A stretch of DNA of 64,000 nt from a virus: the IMG/VR virus record IMGVR_UViG_3300020455_000008, positions 1 through 64,000 of that record. One strand, 5' to 3'. Shown here piece by piece: positions 56,890 to 64,000 of this stretch. The notes under the pieces were generated by a model. That model did no database searches. It was not told the origin of the DNA and was given only the letters and a program-made list of their open reading frames with translations. How positions within the stretch are numbered: position 1 is the first letter of the stretch; every line of letters begins with the position of its first letter. The translations under genes and the position numbers were made by a program.

Positions 56890-57604
56890 ACAATTGCGTG
56901 TCTTCGGAAACCTTGCGTTATTTGCACAAGCAAACAGGTTTAATAATAATCTTTCTAATCAGAAGATGAAAGCCGATCAATACAGCCTTGAAGGAGATTT
57001 CATTCAATATACTATTCTACCTCTTGAGCTTGTTAAATTAGGACAAATGAAGGGAAAAGGAATTACTCAATATGCACAAGATATAGCCTGCGCTTTAAGT
57101 TGTGAATTTACAGTCAGAAATGGGGGTGGCTGCTATGTCAACAATGAAATAAGAACAGCAATCAAAAGTGCGCATAAGGTACTTAATAGTCGTTCACTCA
57201 GTTTTAAAGCGTATAATCCTAAAATTCGCTTGACTGTTTGGGGTGATGTTGGGCGCTTAAACGCAGAGGGTAAAGCCTACATTTTAAACCTTGCTCAAAA
57301 TGCTGATAGACTAAGTTATACAGCTGATTTTCAAAAAGAAAGCATGCAAAAATTCAAGGGCTTTTTCTTGGCGAGTGTGCAGTCAATACCTCGGCTCTTA
57401 ACCGCTCAGTCGTTAGGATGGAAATCCTACATTGCAGATAGTGCGACTTATGAATTTGTAAAGGTTCAAGGAATTGAAAATTTATATAAATGTCCTCAAA
57501 ACAACAAGGGAGACGCGGTGAGATTCGGTTGTTCAACTTGTAAAATCGCGTGTAATGGCTTGCGATCTGTTGTCGCTTATAGCGTACACAGTCAAGCGTT
57601 ATGA
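56879..57604 (+). CDS. Gp88-like Cys-rich (radical-SAM-related) phage protein
   Basis: N.KM, C...C......GCY, IRL..WGD, SYT, LASV, A..LGW, CP...C..C..AC. Confidence 0.6.
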   Translation: MIIEQLRVFGNLALFAQANRFNNNLSNQKMKADQYSLEGDFIQYTILPLELVKLGQMKGKGITQYAQDIACALSCEFTVRNGGGCYVNNEIRTAIKSAHKVLNSRSLSFKAYNPKIRLTVWGDVGRLNAEGKAYILNLAQNADRLSYTADFQKESMQKFKGFFLASVQSIPRLLTAQSLGWKSYIADSATYEFVKVQGIENLYKCPQNNKGDAVRFGCSTCKIACNGLRSVVAYSVHSQAL

Positions 57605-57741
57605 GTACGCTTGAGATCGTCTTTACAATCGGTTTACTAATCACAGACTATAGACTCTTTTTATTATACCTAATACTTAGGTAAACACTTAAAAACACTA
57701 CACAAGGGCCTCGGCTGGAGGCTCCCCTTTAAGGAGGTAAC

Positions 57742-58104
57742 ATGAACACACTTTCGAGTAAAGCAATGAAGCGAGATCAAGACGAACTAAAACGAACTTT
57801 CGGAGGTGCTTTGAAGGGCCTTTATGAACTTGATTTTGATATGTATACTCAAGATGTGGAATTGTTGATTTGGCTATTTGAGCAAGAGAACGCAGAGGAA
57901 TTATATATTATCGAGTGTTTAACAAGCTTTGATATGTATGATGAGTATATAGCCGAATTACCCGAGGGCTATGAGGGAACAACCTCATACCCTAGATTGT
58001 CTATTCTTTGTTATTTGGGGAGGGTAATGACTAACGATCTAAGAAGAATGTTACTAAACGAACACTTTGCAGATATTAACAAGCGTAAAGCTATAAACAA
58101 CTAA
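57742..58104 (+). CDS. Hypothetical protein
   Basis: RBS AAGGAGGT. Confidence 0.65.
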   Translation: MNTLSSKAMKRDQDELKRTFGGALKGLYELDFDMYTQDVELLIWLFEQENAEELYIIECLTSFDMYDEYIAELPEGYEGTTSYPRLSILCYLGRVMTNDLRRMLLNEHFADINKRKAINN

Positions 58105-58140
58105 ACAACTAAACAACTAAACAAGGGCCCAAGGGCCCAA
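58094..58140. repeat. Short tandem repeats
   Basis: TAAACAAC nearly four times, then GGGCCCAA twice. Confidence 0.7.
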
Positions 58141-58153
58141 GAAAGAATTCATT

Positions 58154-58504
58154 ATGTTTATCTCAGCAAAACAACTTCAAAACATCATCGAAACAAACAA
58201 GCAGCAAGCGCAGCATATACAATATTTGACTACTCAAGTAGAAGCGCTTCAACACACAGTTAAAGAGCTAACAGAAGTTAGAAAGCTTCTTACTGATGAC
58301 GAGGTTGAGGCATTAACTGAACAACTCGTAAATAATGATGAATTTCAATACTCTTTGAGTGAATGGATTAATATATATCTCGGTGATAATATTGATGATT
58401 ATGTCAGTAGTTACATTGATAATCATCACTACATAATCACTGATCTAGTAGACGATAAAATAAACGAGATCTTTGAGGAGGTAACTATCAAAATAGAGAG
58501 ATAA
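58154..58504 (+). CDS. Hypothetical acidic coiled-coil protein
   Basis: 116-aa ORF ending before a terminator. Confidence 0.6.
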   Translation: MFISAKQLQNIIETNKQQAQHIQYLTTQVEALQHTVKELTEVRKLLTDDEVEALTEQLVNNDEFQYSLSEWINIYLGDNIDDYVSSYIDNHHYIITDLVDDKINEIFEEVTIKIER

Positions 58505-58533
58505 CAAGCAAAACAAAGAAACGACCTTTCAGG

Positions 58534-58569
58534 CCCTTGCTAGTCTCCACACTAGCAAGGGTTTTTTTT
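58534..58569 (+). terminator. Rho-independent terminator
   Basis: CCCTTGCTAGT-ctccac-ACTAGCAAGGG followed by T8. Confidence 0.9.
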
Positions 58570-58841
58570 GTCTTTTTGAATACCAACCCCCACCAACCCA
58601 CAAAAACCGTATTTTGCGTTTTAAGCCACGTTAAAACACTGGTCTATATCAATACAGTGGTTAGGTGGCTATCTTTCGTCTTACGTTAAAATATGAGCTA
58701 ATTTAACTATGTTCATTCTTTGGTTTGAGTCGGGCCTGTATGCTGCTAGCGATTAGAGAGAAGTTGACCCGTCAAACCAACTGAACAACTGTTCAGTTGC
58801 CCCAAGACACCCATCCCCCATACCTGCGCAAGCAACTTTTA

Positions 58842-58972
58842 CACTAATGTAAATTGAGTTGGGTTATGTCCACTATGCACTAATGTAAACTGAGATGAGT
58901 TATGTCCAACCATTATGCACTAATGTAAATTGAGAGGGTTTATGTCCAACCATTATGCACTAGGGTAAATTG
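58842..58972. repeat. 36-40-bp tandem repeat, about 3.4 copies
   Basis: CACTAATGTAAA.TGAG..G.TTATGTCCA(ACCA)TTATG units at 58842, 58878, 58918, 58958. Confidence 0.88.
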
Positions 58973-59056
58973 TGTTTGTATGATTGGGTATTGTGGGTTT
59001 GTGTGTATATATGTTTTATTAGTTGTGAGAATAGACAAGAGAGAGAGAGATAAGAT

Positions 59057-59932
59057 ATGATGACATTAAGAAGGGGAGACAAGGGTAGTTTTGTATTGTT
59101 TCTGCAAGAGCGATTGAATTTTCATGGTTTTTACACGAGTCAGGGTGGAGAGTTTAATGTGGGAACGGAGCGTACGTTAAAGGAGTTCCAGGTGTTATGG
59201 AATTTGGAGGTGAATGGTATATGTGGGGATGTGGAGTGGGGTTGTTTGTTGCAGAATTTTGGTTGGAGTCGTGGTGGTCATTTTGAGCGTAAGCGATTAC
59301 CTGAGTTATTATTGGAGCGAGTGGAGAAGGAGGGGGATGTGAGTGTGGAGTGTATGGGTGTATTGGGGGAGATGTTAGGATATTTGGGATGTGAGGAGCG
59401 TCCATTTGGTCGTAATCGTGGTAAGGAGGTATTGGAGTTGGTGCAGGGAACGTGTGTAACGGGTGAGCGTAGGTTATTGGGTAGTGAGTACAAGCGTCAT
59501 TGTGGTTTTAGTAATCTGAAGTATTTCCCATTATGGAGTGTGATTGGATTGAGTACGATCTTTGCGAAGTATTTTGAGGCGGATGATTGGAGTGAAGCGC
59601 CATTTGGTGATTGGTTGGGAACAGTAGACCAGTTATTGATATGGGGGGAGGGGCATGGTGTGTTGCGTGTTGGAGATTTGGGGTATTTGCGTCCAGGGGA
59701 GATCTTTGTGATAGGGATGGTGGATGTGGATTATAGTGTGCGTGGTTATGATGGGGGTGCACGTCCGAGGGGTGGTCATTGTGGTTTAGTGTTATGGGAT
59801 TGTGGAGATGGTACAGTGCAGACGGTGGAGTGTAATACAGCGAATGGTGTACGAGTGAGGAGGAGAAAGAAGTCTCAGTTGTATGGTGTGATCAATTGGG
59901 AGGGTGCATTGGAGGGGTTGGGATATGAGTGA
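59057..59932 (+). CDS. PG-binding plus CHAP-like amidase with altered catalytic motif
   Basis: LRRGDKGSFV..LQERL...TLKEFQ...L.VNGICG..EW; LGCEERP.GRNRG; GHCGLV; TVECNT. Confidence 0.72.
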   Translation: MMTLRRGDKGSFVLFLQERLNFHGFYTSQGGEFNVGTERTLKEFQVLWNLEVNGICGDVEWGCLLQNFGWSRGGHFERKRLPELLLERVEKEGDVSVECMGVLGEMLGYLGCEERPFGRNRGKEVLELVQGTCVTGERRLLGSEYKRHCGFSNLKYFPLWSVIGLSTIFAKYFEADDWSEAPFGDWLGTVDQLLIWGEGHGVLRVGDLGYLRPGEIFVIGMVDVDYSVRGYDGGARPRGGHCGLVLWDCGDGTVQTVECNTANGVRVRRRKKSQLYGVINWEGALEGLGYE

Positions 59933-60290
59933 TTATATATATGATCGTGAGTTATGTAGGGAGCGAGCGATTTGTTTGAAGTTGGGTGGTTTAACGATAC
60001 GGGAGGTGATGTCCGTTTTAGCGGATGAGGGTTATATGAATAGAGATACGGGTCGTGGTTATGGTTATGAGAGGGTGAGAGTATGGTGCAAGGGTATCTG
60101 TGACCAGCGTGGTTACCGTCATGTGCATTTACGTGGTATGAGTATAGAGGAGCGTAAGTTACATGATGAGCGTCAGCATGAGATCCGATTGCAGCGTGTA
60201 CGTGATTGGCGTGAGCGCAATATGGATCGAGTAAGGGAGTATGACCGCTGGTACTATGAGAATTTTAGGCGTGTGTTTCGCAATTCTTAG
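59925..60290 (+). CDS. Putative DNA-binding protein (recombinase-type HTH plus basic tail)
   Basis: GLTIREV..VLADEGY...TGR.Y...RV. Confidence 0.5.
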   Translation: MSDYIYDRELCRERAICLKLGGLTIREVMSVLADEGYMNRDTGRGYGYERVRVWCKGICDQRGYRHVHLRGMSIEERKLHDERQHEIRLQRVRDWRERNMDRVREYDRWYYENFRRVFRNS

Positions 60291-60324
60291 TACTTATTGA
60301 AAAGTATGAATAGGGGTGTGTGTA

Positions 60325-60675
60325 TTAGTTATATTTGAGTTCTTTAAATACGGCCAGTTGGAAGAGAACGTCAGCGACTTCTGCGTCTTCATCATTGTGG
60401 ATGATGAGTTGCAGGTATGTGGGGTATTCTTTAGCCATGATATGTAGTGCTTGGTGTAGATCCTGTAGTGTGATGATATGTATTTTGTTGTCTTCTATTT
60501 CGTGAATGATGAGTGACCAGTCTTTATTGAGTTCGAGTAGGTTTTGTTCTTTTGGTATTTTGGTAGTGGCCCAGTATGAGATACCAGCTTCGATGGCAGT
60601 TTCTAGGACTTCAGCGATTCTGTAGTTGGGTATGGTGTATTGTATATGAACGGTGCATGATGTGTGTGTTGTCAT
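60325..60675 (-). CDS. Conserved phage protein (EAGISYWA family)
   Basis: LETAIEAGISYWA...DAEVADVLFQLAVF.E..Y. Confidence 0.7.
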   Translation of the reverse strand: MTTHTSCTVHIQYTIPNYRIAEVLETAIEAGISYWATTKIPKEQNLLELNKDWSLIIHEIEDNKIHIITLQDLHQALHIMAKEYPTYLQLIIHNDEDAEVADVLFQLAVFKELKYN

Positions 60676-60974
60676 TAGTGTATGCCTTTAAGTATTTGGA
60701 TATAGTCTTGTTGTGTTTGTGTGTGTATTTGTTTGATTTGTTTGAGTACGGACTGTTTTTTATTGAGATGTAGGGTAGTGGGTAGTTTATGTTTAACTCT
60801 TTGGGCGCGCCATCGGTAGATATTGCTATCTAGGACGAAGAGGGCGAGTTGGTGTAGGTATGTTCGGTTGCTAGCGTGTGTATACTCTTGTGAGAAGGTG
60901 TGCCATAGATCTCGATCTTCGTGTGTCGTGTATTGTAAGAGTTCTTGGTAGTATTGTGTTTGTGTGTGTGTCAT
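60675..60974 (-). CDS. Hypothetical protein (T/H/Q-rich)
   Basis: TAATG-coupled; composition follows the local strand skew. Confidence 0.5.
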   Translation of the reverse strand: MTHTQTQYYQELLQYTTHEDRDLWHTFSQEYTHASNRTYLHQLALFVLDSNIYRWRAQRVKHKLPTTLHLNKKQSVLKQIKQIHTQTQQDYIQILKGIH

Positions 60975-60999
60975 GTTGTATATCCGTTAATAATGTCTT

Positions 61000-61353
61000 T
61001 TAGAGATACTGTAAGAGTTTAGCTCCGATTTCATGTGGGATGAGATCACAGGGCATAACGGTCATTGTTTCTTTGTGTGAGTGTGCTAGGTCATCGAGCC
61101 AACAGTTGTCTTCGATATACAGGGCACGATCGACAAAGAGGTGAACATCTACGCTGGTAAAGGATGTGGGGTAGAAGAAGAAGCTAATCTCTGTTCTTTC
61201 GTCATCTTTGTATGCAGTGATTCTGAGAGCTGGATCACTTGAGTCTCCTTGGATCTCAGTATTGATTTTTCCTGTGTAGTGTTGATTGAGGTATTCTACA
61301 ACTTCTTGTAGGAAGAGGTATTGCCCACTTTTCATATGATCTAGTAAGTTCAT
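61000..61353 (-). CDS. Hypothetical protein
   Basis: ATGA-coupled to the upstream gene. Confidence 0.6.
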   Translation of the reverse strand: MNLLDHMKSGQYLFLQEVVEYLNQHYTGKINTEIQGDSSDPALRITAYKDDERTEISFFFYPTSFTSVDVHLFVDRALYIEDNCWLDDLAHSHKETMTVMPCDLIPHEIGAKLLQYL

Positions 61354-61673
61354 TGTGCTTCATCCTTATTTGGGAAGTCGAAGCAGAGTGTAGACTTCGT
61401 GGGTGTATGTGTCATGGTGGTTGCCCCGTAGGGGTGGTTAGCGAGTCCAGAGATAGTTATGCCAGCCACAGTGGAGTTATATTTTGAGTTCCTTCTGCAT
61501 TTGATTTCGATGGTAGTATCGTTGACTTCAGATATTTTGACTTTCATTGCATTGGCGAGTGGTGTGATTGCTTCGACTAGGTGACCTTTAACGATAGTGG
61601 GATAGATCTCGTTAGGTGTTAAGCCTTGATCGATTAACTCATGTGCAGTGTGTAATAGGTGAGCGTATGACAT
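61350..61673 (-). CDS. Hypothetical protein
   Basis: RBS AAGGAG and upstream promoter. Confidence 0.6.
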   Translation of the reverse strand: MSYAHLLHTAHELIDQGLTPNEIYPTIVKGHLVEAITPLANAMKVKISEVNDTTIEIKCRRNSKYNSTVAGITISGLANHPYGATTMTHTPTKSTLCFDFPNKDEAQ

Positions 61674-61723
61674 TGTGTTCTCCTTAGAGAGTGTTTAGTA
61701 AAAAAGCACTAAGCTTGATACAA

Positions 61724-61752
61724 GATATACCCCACTATTTAAGGTAGGTCAA
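61724..61752 (-). promoter_or_regulatory. Sigma70-like promoter
   Basis: TTGACC-N17-TATATC on the minus strand. Confidence 0.5.
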
Positions 61753-61782
61753 TAGGGAAAAATAAAAATATTTTATATTGGC

Positions 61783-62274
61783 TTAATCCTGTTCCATTTC
61801 TTCAAAGCATTTCTCTTGGTTGAAGTATAAAATATCTGTGTATATATCGATGATATGTTGTGCATAGTTGTACTCTGATCGACCTTGTTTGCATTTCCCT
61901 TTAAGCCCTCTGTTGTACTGGGCAAGTGCTTTGCATTTCTTTTGGTTATTAAGGTCTAGGAATTTCTTGAGTGCCGTTATCCCTGCTTTAGTATAGTTGC
62001 ACTCACCTTCTTTTGGGCAGTGGTATTGAGGTAGAACACCTAATGGGCCTTTTGCGCCTTTATGGCTTGTGATATTCTCGAATCGAGTCTCATCATATGC
62101 GACTGAGATGGCGAGTATGGGGTCTACCTTTTGTTTGATGGCTTCCTTAGCAACTTCTTGGCAGATTGCCATTCGTTTTGGGATAGTCTTAGAGATTTTC
62201 TTTTGGTAGCTGATCGAAGCATTAGGTGACATGATATTCATCATAATGATCCAGCATAGGTTTGTTACGTTCAT
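61783..62274 (-). CDS. Lytic transglycosylase (SLT)-like protein
   Basis: VDPILAISVAYDETRF...SHKGAKGPLGV.P...ALAQYN.G. Confidence 0.75.
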   Translation of the reverse strand: MNVTNLCWIIMMNIMSPNASISYQKKISKTIPKRMAICQEVAKEAIKQKVDPILAISVAYDETRFENITSHKGAKGPLGVLPQYHCPKEGECNYTKAGITALKKFLDLNNQKKCKALAQYNRGLKGKCKQGRSEYNYAQHIIDIYTDILYFNQEKCFEEMEQD

Positions 62275-62663
62275 TGTGCTTCCTTTATTGTGACCTCAGT
62301 CCTTGGTTGGTTACTACGCTCTGCATAGTATTTGTATGCGTGAATGGTGCATACCTGAGCGTCATCTTTGAGTGTTTTATTAAGTGCGTCTAGTACGGCC
62401 TTGATGATATTGTCAAGGTCGGGTCTTTTAGTATGTTTGATGAGTCCATCGGGGTATTTCTTAGGCATAAGTCTTTGTGGTCTTGGGAAGACAGCAAGTA
62501 ATGTGACTTCTATAGGGCCTTGTATGTCTTGTTCTTTAATGAGTGCCTTGAGTGCGTTTTCGTAGTCCTTTGTTCTTTTGGGTGTGTATGCTCTACCGTT
62601 ACCGAATCTTGGTCTGCCTTTGGGTACAGGGGTGCCCATTAAGGTGATGGTAATAGGGTTCAT
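62271..62663 (-). CDS. rusA: RusA-family Holliday junction resolvase
   Basis: PVPKGRPR...YTPKRT; RPDLDNIIKAVLDAL...DDAQV...K.Y. Confidence 0.92.
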   Translation of the reverse strand: MNPITITLMGTPVPKGRPRFGNGRAYTPKRTKDYENALKALIKEQDIQGPIEVTLLAVFPRPQRLMPKKYPDGLIKHTKRPDLDNIIKAVLDALNKTLKDDAQVCTIHAYKYYAERSNQPRTEVTIKEAQ

Positions 62664-62881
62664 TCATTTTCCCACTTACGTACACCCCAGTATTGTCCAC
62701 CATTGGCTCTATCATCATCTAGGTAAACGATGGAATATCCGTTAGTGTTGAGGTAGGCGGTTGCAGCGTGGAAACAGTCAAAGTGTGCAAGTTGGTCTTT
62801 GTTTTCAGTATCGGGGTTATAAAGGGTAACCCATGTATATGGTCGGTCGGGTCTTGTGTCTTCAATAACTATTTCTTTCAT
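62660..62881 (-). CDS. Hypothetical protein
   Basis: ATGA-coupled chain of genes. Confidence 0.55.
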   Translation of the reverse strand: MKEIVIEDTRPDRPYTWVTLYNPDTENKDQLAHFDCFHAATAYLNTNGYSIVYLDDDRANGGQYWGVRKWENE

Positions 62882-63066
62882 AGTTTGACTCGCTTTCTGA
62901 CCATGTATAACTTTTGCTGTGGACCACCTTTTTTGATCATAATTTGTTTATTTGTTTTGGAGAACTGGGTGCCGTAGCCACGTTCGAGCCAAAGTTGGAT
63001 TTCTTTTTTAGCTTCCATGTAGTTGGGGGTAATCAAAATGATCTCCCAAGGGTTTGACTTTTTCAT
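62878..63066 (-). CDS. Hypothetical protein
   Basis: RBS AAGGA; coupled to the downstream gene. Confidence 0.5.
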   Translation of the reverse strand: MKKSNPWEIILITPNYMEAKKEIQLWLERGYGTQFSKTNKQIMIKKGGPQQKLYMVRKRVKL

Positions 63067-63202
63067 TTTTTTCCTTTCTGTGTGCGTACACTTATGGAAA
63101 TGTCTATAGCACTCATGTTGAATCTCTTCAAGATTTATTTCAACATACCAACGTGTGGGTTATAATATGTTAGATACTCACTAATACTTTTGGAGGTACG
63201 TA

Positions 63203-63463
63203 ATGAACGTCAATATGGACATGGTTTTTAAGGTGATGAGCGTAGGTTTGATTCCAGCTATGTTATGGGTCAACTCGCAGTCTGTAGATATTGCTTTGTT
63301 GAAGCGAGAGCTTGAGTCGAACAAGACTCGATTAGACAAGGTAGAAGCGCAACAATCTAAGATTTTACAGGGAGTCACAGATAATCAAATTGCTCTTAAA
63401 AGCATGACAGTGACTATGAACTTTATGAAAGATATTTTAACGGATATTAAAAATGCTAGGTAA
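63203..63463 (+). CDS. Small TM plus coiled-coil protein
   Basis: RBS GGAGGT; upstream TATAAT. Confidence 0.6.
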   Translation: MNVNMDMVFKVMSVGLIPAMLWVNSQSVDIALLKRELESNKTRLDKVEAQQSKILQGVTDNQIALKSMTVTMNFMKDILTDIKNAR

Positions 63464-63782
63464 CTTTTGGCGAGGTGTGGCATTGGTTGTTTTTTGGGTA
63501 TTATGTGCTTTTGTGTATCAGTCTTTGTTACATACAGACGATTACCAAAAGTCAGCCGCTAGTACAATGGATACCGCCCCTATGAAATCTGCTAAACGTG
63601 TTGTAAGGCGTAAGCGTAAGTTAAAGCGTAAACGTAAAACTAAGAAGCCGTATTTACTTGAAGTTAGAGTAAGGGACGCTAACCCTGTTGACATTCATCA
63701 AATGGAACAACAGTTAAATCAGATGAGTATAGATGTGATTGACCTAAAGGTTAGTCAGGGGATTCCCAATGGATATAAATGA
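63453..63782 (+). CDS. Membrane-anchored basic protein
   Basis: N-terminal TM and K/R-rich stretch. Confidence 0.55.
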   Translation: MLGNFWRGVALVVFWVLCAFVYQSLLHTDDYQKSAASTMDTAPMKSAKRVVRRKRKLKRKRKTKKPYLLEVRVRDANPVDIHQMEQQLNQMSIDVIDLKVSQGIPNGYK

Positions 63783-64000
63783 GTATCAAAATAAAGCAAG
63801 AGAGACCGCCTTGTACCCTACAGAGCATGGGCTTACCTACTGTACTTTAGGTTTAGCGGGTGAAGCGGGTGAAGTTGCGGATAAGATTAAGAAGATTATT
63901 CGTGATAAGAACTGTGTGGTGAGTGAAGAAGACCGCATGGAACTAGCAAAAGAATTAGGTGATGTATTTTGGTATTTAGCAAATCTCTCCTTTGAGCTAA
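63769..64000 (+). CDS. mazG: MazG-like nucleotide pyrophosphohydrolase (partial)
   Basis: MDINEYQ..A..TA.YP...LGLAGEAGEVADKIKK...ELGDVFWYLA; runs off the window end. Confidence 0.88.
   Translation, partial: MDINEYQNKARETALYPTEHGLTYCTLGLAGEAGEVADKIKKIIRDKNCVVSEEDRMELAKELGDVFWYLANLSFEL

Noticed and set aside
58842-58972. CRISPR mini-array
   Set aside because: Units are head-to-tail with no unique spacers; the Cas4-like gene is an ordinary phage exonuclease far away
59154-59762. Minus-strand His/Pro-rich ORFs
   Set aside because: Shadows of the G/T-skewed plus-strand gene, where skew suppresses stops; no RBS
1-64000. Stop-codon reassignment, tRNA or rRNA genes, integrase or transposase
   Set aside because: Core genes are intact in the standard code and end in all three stops; no cloverleaf, rRNA or recombinase catalytic motifs were recognised by eye

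Overview
This 64-kb window is part of a large, AT-rich, contractile-tailed dsDNA bacteriophage read in the standard genetic code. No rRNA, tRNA, integrase or CRISPR array was seen. From left to right: (1) 1-20.6 kb, baseplate and tail module (gp5/VgrG-like spike, gp25, baseplate J, tail I-like, a 1640-aa DUF6519-type protein, holin and a spanin-like pair, repeat-rich fibres); (2) 21-36 kb, amidase endolysin and a replication/recombination module (initiator, DnaC-like loader, DnaB, primase, SSB, Pol A, SF2 helicase, RecA, ParB, Cas4-like nuclease, SpoVS); (3) 37-52 kb, nucleotide metabolism and DNA modification (intein-containing class II RNR, ThyX, PhoH, a C5 methyltransferase with a fully overlapping +1-frame partner, an amino-methyltransferase, two P-loop-degenerate dNK-like genes) plus a three-gene operon of Cys-rich peptide, class III nucleotide cyclase and 2-TM protein; (4) 53-59 kb, a divergently transcribed, motif-dense island centred on a GC-rich G4-capable tract and flanked by mirror-image extreme GC skew, a candidate origin or terminus/packaging region; (5) 59-64 kb, small genes plus CHAP-like, SLT-like, RusA and MazG. 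The best candidates for new biology are the cyclase operon, the skew-flanked island and the dual-frame methyltransferase. All family calls come from motif recognition by eye; no database searches or k-mer counts were run.
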